NCBI GenBank assembly: GCA_003173855.1
Contig: PPGI01000014.1
Span: 1-44,771 of the forward strand
Reading direction: 5' to 3'
Origin: Candidatus Zambryskiibacteriota bacterium
GTDB lineage: Bacteria; Patescibacteriota; Minisyncoccia; Phycocordibacterales; DATDWN01
Length of the DNA stretch: 44,771 bases
The position numbers and the translations under genes were made by a program. Below, piece after piece: positions 28,947-37,605 of this stretch. The stretch's first letter is position 1, and every line of letters starts with the position of its first letter. The notes under the pieces are model-generated. The model was not told the origin of the DNA. It was given only the letters and a program-made list of their open reading frames with translations, and searched no databases.

Positions 28947-29069
28947 TGAACTTTCAAATTTGGCGAACTCCTCGTTCCCAAATTAAAAATTCTCGTCACC
29001 TTAGCATTAACTAAGGCTCCTCGCATTTTTAATTTCTCACGTCGGATTTCATCCAAATTTGAAAATTCA
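28947..29069 (-). repeat. long nested hairpin element, family D/E
   Basis: TGAACTTTCAAATTTGG...CCAAATTTGAAAATTCA outer arms; core matches 18307-18423 on the opposite strand. Confidence 0.7.
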
Positions 29070-29110
29070 GAATTCTTGACAGAGTTTGTTAGGTGTGATA
29101 GGCTAAGTTT

Positions 29111-29374
29111 AGATTGCGAAGGAGACTTAGGTTTCTAAAAAAAGGACCTCGGGTGCTTGTTGGTCCGGGTGGCCCCAAAAACGCCACCTTATTAAGCTAG
29201 AGCAAGTCTCCAGAGGGAACAGGGTTCCAGCCCTCGCCTGATTCAGTGTCGGGGAAGCTGGAGCCTTCCCGACAGGTGCTTACTTGACCCCTAAGCAAGG
29301 TCTGGTGATGTCCCTAGCAGGTAGTGATCTAGTCCCTGATTCGGCGCTTCGCCGGGTCAGGGACTCGTTTTTTT
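29111..29374 (+). ncRNA. candidate structured ncRNA upstream of tgt
   Basis: TTGACA(29076)-17-TAGGCT; 5' AGATTGC pairs with GTGATCT(29324); helices GGAGACTT/AAGTCTCC, GGACC/GGTCC, GGTGGC/GCCACC; 16-bp terminator 29331-29365 with T-run; no ORF. Confidence 0.65.
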
Positions 29375-29391
29375 ATACAAAAAAATGTTAA

Positions 29392-30591
<1,200 letters not shown>

Positions 30592-30643
30592 TTTTTTCCA
30601 CAGTTTGATTTTTGTAACAGATTGTTAATGTTACAATTATTAC

Positions 30644-31840
30644 ATGGGAATTAAAGCTGGAGTTGGAATGGGGCAAGGTGATGACCCATATACAGTCGGA
30701 GCAAATGCATCTCAGGATGCAGTCAATAATCTTGGGGACAAAACCCCAGATCTTTTAATTGTTTTTGCATCTGTTAAATATGATCAGCAAAAAGTTGTGG
30801 AAGGGGCTAGATCTGTTGCGCCAAATGCACTACTCGTTGGTTCATCAACTTCTGGAGAAATTATAACTAGTGGTCCGGTTAAGGAGCATTCAGTGGCTGT
30901 AATGGCTATTAAATCTCCAGAAATAAAATATAGTGTTGGAGTTGGAGAAAACATTGCAAATGGACCGCGTGAAGCCGGGAGAATGGCCGCAAAAAAAGTA
31001 AAGGAACAAGTTCAAGACCTGAAAGCATTTATGATGATACCAGACGTACTTACTGGAAATGGTGCAGATATTGTTCGAGGTGTTCTCGATGAACTTGGGC
31101 CACATTTCCCAGTTGTTGGAGGTGCATCAGGTGATGATTTTGAATTCAAAAAAACATATCAATATGTAAATGATAAAATTTATTCTGGCGCAGTTGTTGG
31201 ACTTGGACTTTCAGGACAATTTAAAATCGGTATTGGTGTAAAGCATGGCTGGATTCCAGTAGGCGAACCAATGACAGTAACAAAGTCCGCTGGTTCTGTA
31301 ATTCATACAATTAATGACAAACCAGCAATAAAAATTTACGAAGATTATTTCGGAGAAGCAGAAACAGCTTCACTGCGAACAGAAACTTTAGCAAAACTTG
31401 CTATTACATATCCGCTAGGTATGAAAGCAGCAGGAAACGACGAACTCTTGATCCGTGATCCGCTTACAGTTGATGAACACGGTTCGATTACTTGTGCAGC
31501 AGAAATTCCTGAAGGATCAGAAGTTAGACTTATGGTCGGTAGTCGCGAAGACGCTGTAAAAGTTGCAAAACTCGCTGCAGAAAACGCCGTTACTCAACTT
31601 GATGGCAGTGCTCCAAAAGCCGTAGTTATTTTTAATTGCATTGCTCGAAACAAACTCTTTGGTGACAGTTCAGGTGATGAAATTAAAGCTATTCAAGAAG
31701 CGGTTGGTCACGATACTCCTCTAATTGGTTTTTATACATATGGTGAACAGGCTCCACTTGGTGGTGAAGTTAAAAATTTAGAAAAATGTAATCCAGCTTT
31801 TCATAACGAGACAGTAGTTATTTGTGTTCTCGCGGATTAA
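30644..31840 (+). CDS. FIST (NosP-like) sensory domain protein
   Basis: 'G.STSGEI', 'VGGASGD', 'HGW.P.G', 'C.AR', 'GFYTYGE'. Confidence 0.93.
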   Translation: MGIKAGVGMGQGDDPYTVGANASQDAVNNLGDKTPDLLIVFASVKYDQQKVVEGARSVAPNALLVGSSTSGEIITSGPVKEHSVAVMAIKSPEIKYSVGVGENIANGPREAGRMAAKKVKEQVQDLKAFMMIPDVLTGNGADIVRGVLDELGPHFPVVGGASGDDFEFKKTYQYVNDKIYSGAVVGLGLSGQFKIGIGVKHGWIPVGEPMTVTKSAGSVIHTINDKPAIKIYEDYFGEAETASLRTETLAKLAITYPLGMKAAGNDELLIRDPLTVDEHGSITCAAEIPEGSEVRLMVGSREDAVKVAKLAAENAVTQLDGSAPKAVVIFNCIARNKLFGDSSGDEIKAIQEAVGHDTPLIGFYTYGEQAPLGGEVKNLEKCNPAFHNETVVICVLAD

Positions 31841-31841
31841 T

Positions 31842-32855
31842 ATGAAGCATCCGTCATATAAATTACTTTACGTTTTGCCAATTTTGTTTGTGCTCTTTGC
31901 AGGAGTAATGATCTATCTTGAAGTTGATCTCGCTTCGAGTCTTTTCATGTCGTTTGTTTTTACTTGTTTTGTTTTCGTAATTTTCAGATATTTTATTCTT
32001 TCAAATTTAGAAAAAATGGATGAAAATTTTGAAACACTAAAAGAAGAAATGCACGAAGCTCAAGAGGGAACTAAACTTTTGGTCAGACGTGATCTCGAAC
32101 TGAACAGAGCAAATGAAAAATTACAGAAATTTGATGAAGCCAAATCAGATTTTATTTCTGTCGTTGCTCACCAGCTGCGAACGCCACTCTCAGGAATTCG
32201 CTGGACACTCCACATGCTCCTAAACGGCGATTTGGGAGATTTAAACAATGACCAGAAAACATTTTTAATGAAGAGTTACGAATCCAATAACAGAATGATT
32301 ACCCTCGTAAATGACATGCTTGATGCAGATCGAATCCAGGCTGGCAAAGTAAAATACAATTTAACATGCATTAATCTTGTTGATTTGATGGACAATGTAA
32401 TTTTCGAAATTAGTCCGCAAGCAAGCAAAAAAGGAATCTCGATTGAATTTAAAAGTAAACTAGAAAATCTTCCGGAAGTTTGTGTTGATGCAGAAACTAT
32501 TCGTGCAGTTATTCAAAATTTGCTTGAAAATGCTATAAAATATACAATGACTAGTGGGAAGATTTATATTGATGCTCAAAATAAAGGAGAATTTTTAGAA
32601 GTTTCAATACAGGATAATGGCATTGGAATCCCAGAAAGCCAGAAGAAAAATGTCTTCGAGAAATTTTTCCGAGCTAAAAATGCAATCAAATTTGAAACAG
32701 ATGGTTCTGGTTTAGGTTTAAATATTTCTAAAACAATTGTTGAAAAAAATGGCGGGAAAATATGGTTTGAAAGCGAAGAAAATAAAGGCACTACATTTTA
32801 TTTCACTTTGCCATTGTGGACAGGAGACAAACCGAAGCCAGAAATAAAAAAATAA
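31842..32855 (+). CDS. membrane sensor histidine kinase
   Basis: 2 TM, H-box 'AHQLRTPL', N-box 'NLLENAIKY', G1 'DNGIGIP', G2 'GSGLGL'. Confidence 0.95.
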   Translation: MKHPSYKLLYVLPILFVLFAGVMIYLEVDLASSLFMSFVFTCFVFVIFRYFILSNLEKMDENFETLKEEMHEAQEGTKLLVRRDLELNRANEKLQKFDEAKSDFISVVAHQLRTPLSGIRWTLHMLLNGDLGDLNNDQKTFLMKSYESNNRMITLVNDMLDADRIQAGKVKYNLTCINLVDLMDNVIFEISPQASKKGISIEFKSKLENLPEVCVDAETIRAVIQNLLENAIKYTMTSGKIYIDAQNKGEFLEVSIQDNGIGIPESQKKNVFEKFFRAKNAIKFETDGSGLGLNISKTIVEKNGGKIWFESEENKGTTFYFTLPLWTGDKPKPEIKK

Positions 32856-32856
32856 T

Positions 32857-33654
32857 ATGAAAAAAATTTTAATAATCGAAGACGATGTATTTTTGGGAGA
32901 TGTTTTACTCCAAAAAATGACTAAAGAAGGCTACGAGACAGAACTTGCACGGGATGGTAAAGAGGGTTTTGAAAAAATCAAAACAATGAAACCCGATCTT
33001 GTTTTGCTCGATATTGTTTTACCCAATATGAATGGCTACGAAATTCTCGAAGCAAAGCAAATTGATAAAAATATTTCCAGCATTCCGGTAATTGTTATTT
33101 CAAATTCGGGTCAGCCAGTTGAGATCAATCGTGTTCTAGAGTTTGGCGTTAAAGATTATCTTGTTAAAGCACAGTTTGATCCACAAGAAGTTTTGGAAAA
33201 AGTAAAAAATCAATTTTTAAGTGAAGCCGAAAAAAAGCCAAAGGAAACTTCTGACGTGCCTTCAGTTAGTTTAGAGGGTAAGAAAATTCTTTGGGTTGAA
33301 GACGATAAATTTTTAAATGATATTATTGCTAGAAAACTTGCTTCAACAAAATGCATTTTTTCTCATACAGCTGATGGAGAAGAAGCATTGCAGATGATTG
33401 CAAATGACAAACCAGACATAATTTTACTCGATATTATTCTTTCTGGAATTGATGGATATGAGATTTTGCGTCGAATAAAGAGTGACTCAAAAATGAAAGA
33501 TATTCCAGTAATTTTGCTTTCAAATCTTGGTCAGCCATCTGATACAGAAAAAGGGAAATCAATGGGCGCAGCAAGATTTCTTGTAAAAGCCACAGTTACT
33601 TTGGACGAAATTTTAGATGAGATAAAACAAGTCCTCGCTGAATCGAAGAAGTAG
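32857..33654 (+). CDS. response regulator with two receiver domains and no output domain
   Basis: Two 'IL.(I/V)EDD...PD...LDI.L....GYEIL...IPVI..SN...LVKA' modules. Confidence 0.93.
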   Translation: MKKILIIEDDVFLGDVLLQKMTKEGYETELARDGKEGFEKIKTMKPDLVLLDIVLPNMNGYEILEAKQIDKNISSIPVIVISNSGQPVEINRVLEFGVKDYLVKAQFDPQEVLEKVKNQFLSEAEKKPKETSDVPSVSLEGKKILWVEDDKFLNDIIARKLASTKCIFSHTADGEEALQMIANDKPDIILLDIILSGIDGYEILRRIKSDSKMKDIPVILLSNLGQPSDTEKGKSMGAARFLVKATVTLDEILDEIKQVLAESKK

Positions 33655-33701
33655 TTGACGAATTGTATCTTTCATATATACTAATTTATATACTAATTTA
33701 C

Positions 33702-33958
33702 GGAAAGGTGGGGTTTGCCCAGCTCGGAAAGCTCCAGGCCTTATCGGGGTCTGGTCCAGCCGAAACTGTCTCCTAATCGCCATCTCTGCTGTTTTAGCTA
33801 GAGATCGAAACACTCTGGCACCTCCTTCATTCGAGCTCCTTGCTCCACCTTCCATCATTTCATAGATCCTCCTAACTTCGGGTCAAGGGAGGCAGACCAC
33901 TTCGGTCTGAAAAGTACCCGTTATCAGGCGGTCTCAACGTGAGACCGCCTTTCGTTTT
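33702..33958 (+). ncRNA. candidate structured ncRNA, tandem paralog 1
   Basis: TTGACG(33655)-16-TATACT with duplicated -10; GGAAAGGTGGGG pairs with CTCCACCTTCC(33843-33853); several internal hairpins; terminator 33926-33958. Confidence 0.7.
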
Positions 33959-34002
33959 ATGCGCGCTTGACAAAAAATGAAGGTTCCTATATACTTAACT
34001 TC

Positions 34003-34317
34003 GGATGGTGGGTTGCGCTTTGACGACGTTTCTCGGATAACCCTTTCACGTTTATCTTCCGACTTCCGACTTCCGACTTCAGCGTTCCGTTTTCCGTTTC
34101 GCTTAGACGTTGATTGCGCCTTGTGCGCCGCACCGGCCGCGTAAGTGCCGATTCAAAAAAAAGAAAAAGACGAAAACGAGCCGGCAGCTAGCACCGGCAA
34201 GACCCCAGGGTTCGGCAACCCACCACCCACCAGTTCATTTAGAAGTATCATTTAGAGGAGTGAACAAAAAAAACACCCAGAATTGTAAAACCGTGCCACC
34301 GTGGCACGGTATTTTTT
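34003..34317 (+). ncRNA. candidate structured ncRNA, tandem paralog 2
   Basis: TTGACA(33967)-17-TATACT(33990), 7 nt, then GGATGGTGGGTTGC pairing with GCAACCCACCACCC(34215-34228); terminator 34290-34317. Confidence 0.7.
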
Positions 34318-34395
34318 ATTCCAAAAAATTGACAAAGTGTTATTGTCATGTATAATCACACGAGGTTAGTTCGTAAACAATAAGAGAGGTGAGAG

Positions 34396-34917
34396 ATGAA
34401 GATCCCGATTGTGCTCGAGAGGTTTCGAATGTACGTCAAAACTTTCGAAGGTTTTTTCGATGGGATGAAGGAGATCAGATCAATAACTCCGATCGGTCAA
34501 TCAGTGAGCCAGGCACTAGAAAGAGTTCCAGTTCCTGATGTGATGGTTCGAGTAGCAGATTTGCTCGAATTATCAGAAGCATATGTGATGTTTGCACTTT
34601 TGCATCAAGCATATTCCACAGGAAAAGATTTCAATCTACGTCACGTGTTTGCCAAAGCAAATTCAAAGGGCTTCACTTACAGAACCAAATCGGGATTCAT
34701 TTTCGGTTGGCGAAGAATGGGAAAGACTCAGATTTACAAATTCTTCGTCATTCTTGGACCCACATCCAAGTACAAATGGATTGAGGTGGCGGAACACAAT
34801 CTTCTGAACTTAGGTTGGCACAGGATGGTGGAAAGGAAGTACGTAAAATCGGAAGGTCTGATAGAACAGTTCGAGTTGAAGCTCGATCGAGTACACCAGG
34901 ACCGAATCGATCAGTAA
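34396..34917 (+). CDS. orphan basic/aromatic 173-aa protein
   Basis: TTGACA(34329)-16-TATAAT, GAGGTG SD, long hairpin 34950-35010 downstream. Confidence 0.78.
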   Translation: MKIPIVLERFRMYVKTFEGFFDGMKEIRSITPIGQSVSQALERVPVPDVMVRVADLLELSEAYVMFALLHQAYSTGKDFNLRHVFAKANSKGFTYRTKSGFIFGWRRMGKTQIYKFFVILGPTSKYKWIEVAEHNLLNLGWHRMVERKYVKSEGLIEQFELKLDRVHQDRIDQ

Positions 34918-35037
34918 GTAGCGGTTGTAATTGGGAATTCCACACATTCAAAAAGATATCGCAAGAGCTGTATTTATATAAAAATACAAAAATGCTCCGA
35001 TATCTTTTTTATTTTATAAAAAAATAGTAGTATTAAA

Positions 35038-35192
35038 TTTCTCGAACTACTTCTCGAAAAGAGACTACACAGTCGCAAGCCTGGCTCTTGTCAACGTCCT
35101 GCAAAGCAGGCTCATTGACAAGTTGCGGAAACGAGTACAAGCGAGTCGGCGCTGGCCGAATGAGCGGGCTCTTTTCGAAAAGTAGTGAGAAA
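35038..35192. mobile_element. MITE-like element with about 24-bp inverted ends
   Basis: TTTCTCGAACTACTTCTCGAAAAGAG ... CTCTTTTCGAAAAGTAGTGAGAAA around a GC-rich interior. Confidence 0.6.
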
Positions 35193-35199
35193 GAAATTT

Positions 35200-35289
35200 A
35201 TGGCAAAGTTCAAAATAAAACGTGAATTCGCTCCAGCCGGCGACCCAGCACTTTGCTTGCAAAGTGCTGGGCGAGAAGTGGTTATATAA
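35200..35289 (+). pseudogene. truncated duplicate of the uvrB 5' end, interrupted by a 28-bp palindrome
   Basis: MAKFKIKREFAPAGD then CCCAGCACTTTGC-TT-GCAAAGTGCTGGG (35244-35271) and a TAA stop; same frame as uvrB. Confidence 0.75.
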
Positions 35290-35298
35290 AATGCATCT

Positions 35299-37368
35299 AT
35301 GTCCCAAAATTTTTTCAAAATAAAACGTGAGTTTGCTCCGGCGGGAGATCAACCAAAAGCAATTAAAGAATTGGTTGACGGAGTAAAAAAAGGTCTCGAT
35401 AAACAGACTCTTTTAGGCGTGACTGGATCTGGTAAAACTTATACTATCGCAAATGTAATCGAACAAGTTCAAAAACCAACTTTAGTTATTGCTCACAACA
35501 AAACACTGGCTGCACAACTGGCGCAAGAATATCGAGAATTTTTCCCAGAAAACGCTGTGCATTATTTTGTTTCTTATTACGACTTCTATCAACCAGAAGC
35601 TTACATGCCAGTTTCTGATACTTATATTGAAAAGGAGGCAATGGTAAACGAAGAAATTGAGAGGCTTCGTCACGCTTCAACTCAAGCCTTACTCACTCGG
35701 AAAGATGTAATCATTGTGGCATCAGTTTCCTGCATTTACGGTCTCGGTTCTCCAGTTGAATATGAGAAAGTAAATATGCGAATTGAAAAAGGGAAAACAA
35801 TTTCCCGCACAGATTTTATCAGGCGACTGATTGATATTCATTTTGAGCGCACTTCAGCTGATTTAACTCCAGGACAATTTCGAGCAACAGGAAATTGGAT
35901 TGAAATCATGCCAGTTTCAGAAAAAGTAATTCACAGAATCGAAATTGAAGGAAACAAAATTAAAGAAATTCAAAAAATAAACGCAATCACTCGGGAGATT
36001 ATCGAAAATATTGATTTATTTTTCCTTTATCCTGCAAAACACTTTATTTCAAACGATGAACAAAGTGAGAGGGCATTCAGGACGATCAAAGCTGAATTGA
36101 AAGATCGATTGGCGGAATTAGAAAAGGAAGGAAAACTTTTAGAAGTTGAAAGACTGAAGCGTCGAACAACATATGACCTGGCAATGATTCGCGAAATGGG
36201 TTATTGCAACGGAATTGAAAATTATTCGAGACATTTTTCGGGCAAAGCTCCTGGCGAACCACCAGACACATTGCTTTCTTATTTTCCTCACAAAGCAGAT
36301 GGTAGTGCCGACTTTCTAACAGTCATAGATGAGTCGCACGTTACTGTTCCTCAAATTGGTGGAATGTATGCAGGAGATGCTTCTCGAAAGCAAAGTTTGG
36401 TTGAGTATGGCTTCAGACTCCCAAGTGCAAAAGATAATCGACCTTTAAAATTTGATGAGTTTGAGGAACGAGTAGGACAGACCATATATACGTCTGCAAC
36501 TCCTGGAGAATATGAAAAAGAAAATTCAAAGCAAATTGTTGAGCAAGTCATTCGTCCGACAGGATTAGTTGATCCGATCGTAGAAGTTCGTGGGATTGTA
36601 GAAAAAAGCCAATATCGCGGACAAATTTTTGACATGATTGCGGAAGCCGAAAAAGCCATTCAAAAAGGTGGACGTGTCATTGCTACTACGCTTACTAAAA
36701 AAATGGCAGAAGATTTGTCTGAGTATCTCAAGGAAAAAGGTTTACGTGCAGAATATTTGCATAGTGGAATTAAAACAATAGAGCGAATTGAAATACTCAC
36801 TCGGCTTCGTCGAGGCGAATTTGACGTGCTTGTTGGGGTAAATCTTTTGCGTGAAGGTCTTGATTTGCCAGAAGTGACTTTGATTGGGATTTTAGATGCT
36901 GACAAAGAAGGTTTTTTGCGATCCGAGACTTCACTTATTCAAATTATTGGTCGAGCAGCTAGAAATACTGAGGGCAAAGTCATTTTGTATGCAGACAATC
37001 TAACTCGATCGATGAAGACTGCAATAGATGAAACAAATAGACGCAGAGCACTCCAAATCGAATACAACAAAAAACATAGCATTACTCCAAAAACAATTAT
37101 TAAAAAGATTCAGGATATTACCGATCAGCTTAAGAGTGAACACGCTAAAACTGTTGAGTCACTGCTTCAATTTGATAACAAAATGTTTGAAAAAGACCCG
37201 AAAAAATTTATTGCAACAAAAGAAAAGCAAATGGATAACGCCGTAAAAATTTTGGATTTTGAAACAGCAGCAATTTTGCGTGATGAAATTTTAGAACTTC
37301 AAAAAAAGTTTGAGCTTAGTAAACCAAAAAAAATTAAAAATCCAAGGAACAAGGATTTACTGAGATAA
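35299..37368 (+). CDS. uvrB: excinuclease ABC subunit B
   Basis: GVTGSGKT, 'YYDFYQPEAY', DESH, 'NLLREGLDLPEV', 'QIIGRAARN', C-terminal UVR motif. Confidence 0.98.
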   Translation: MSQNFFKIKREFAPAGDQPKAIKELVDGVKKGLDKQTLLGVTGSGKTYTIANVIEQVQKPTLVIAHNKTLAAQLAQEYREFFPENAVHYFVSYYDFYQPEAYMPVSDTYIEKEAMVNEEIERLRHASTQALLTRKDVIIVASVSCIYGLGSPVEYEKVNMRIEKGKTISRTDFIRRLIDIHFERTSADLTPGQFRATGNWIEIMPVSEKVIHRIEIEGNKIKEIQKINAITREIIENIDLFFLYPAKHFISNDEQSERAFRTIKAELKDRLAELEKEGKLLEVERLKRRTTYDLAMIREMGYCNGIENYSRHFSGKAPGEPPDTLLSYFPHKADGSADFLTVIDESHVTVPQIGGMYAGDASRKQSLVEYGFRLPSAKDNRPLKFDEFEERVGQTIYTSATPGEYEKENSKQIVEQVIRPTGLVDPIVEVRGIVEKSQYRGQIFDMIAEAEKAIQKGGRVIATTLTKKMAEDLSEYLKEKGLRAEYLHSGIKTIERIEILTRLRRGEFDVLVGVNLLREGLDLPEVTLIGILDADKEGFLRSETSLIQIIGRAARNTEGKVILYADNLTRSMKTAIDETNRRRALQIEYNKKHSITPKTIIKKIQDITDQLKSEHAKTVESLLQFDNKMFEKDPKKFIATKEKQMDNAVKILDFETAAILRDEILELQKKFELSKPKKIKNPRNKDLLR

Positions 37369-37423
37369 ATTTGACAAAACCAAATTTTCATAATAATGTA
37401 ATTGTGGATTTGTTGGAGGTCAC

Positions 37424-37519
37424 ATGCCCCTTTCAGCCAATTGGATGTACGCGTTCATCGTCGTTTTCACGGTGTTTGCACTTTGGGGGACACTCTTATC
37501 AGCGAGATCACTGAGATAG
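37424..37519 (+). CDS. 31-aa single-TM peptide (not in ORF track)
   Basis: [31 protein letters not shown]; TTGACA near 37371, GGAGG at 37415, terminator GGCGGGGC-TTTT-GCCTCGCC with T-run. Confidence 0.7.
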   Translation: MPLSANWMYAFIVVFTVFALWGTLLSARSLR

Positions 37520-37605
37520 TCGGGGCGGGGCTTTTGCCTCGCCTTTTTGTATATGCTACTATTCTACCCACATATATAGGCCGAAACGCGGTCTTATTTA
37601 CGCGT

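Noticed and set aside
29111-29374. RNase P, SRP, cobalamin riboswitch or Y RNA identity
   Set aside because: No GAGGAAAGTCC, no SRP helix-8 motif and no B12 box; GGTCCG/TTGACC words are present but not in a terminal stem, and no Ro60 gene is in the window
33702-33857. tmRNA or tRNA identity (GGGG...CTCCACC)
   Set aside because: No proper T-arm or 7-bp acceptor stem, no tag reading frame, and too short
33613-34355. ORFs 33613-33858(-) and 34110-34355(+)
   Set aside because: They cross promoters or terminators, lack protein-like composition and overlap the structured RNA candidates
37402-37605. 68-aa N-terminal extension of UvrA in the ORF track
   Set aside because: It runs through a separate SD-led peptide gene and its terminator; UvrA homology begins at ATG 37606
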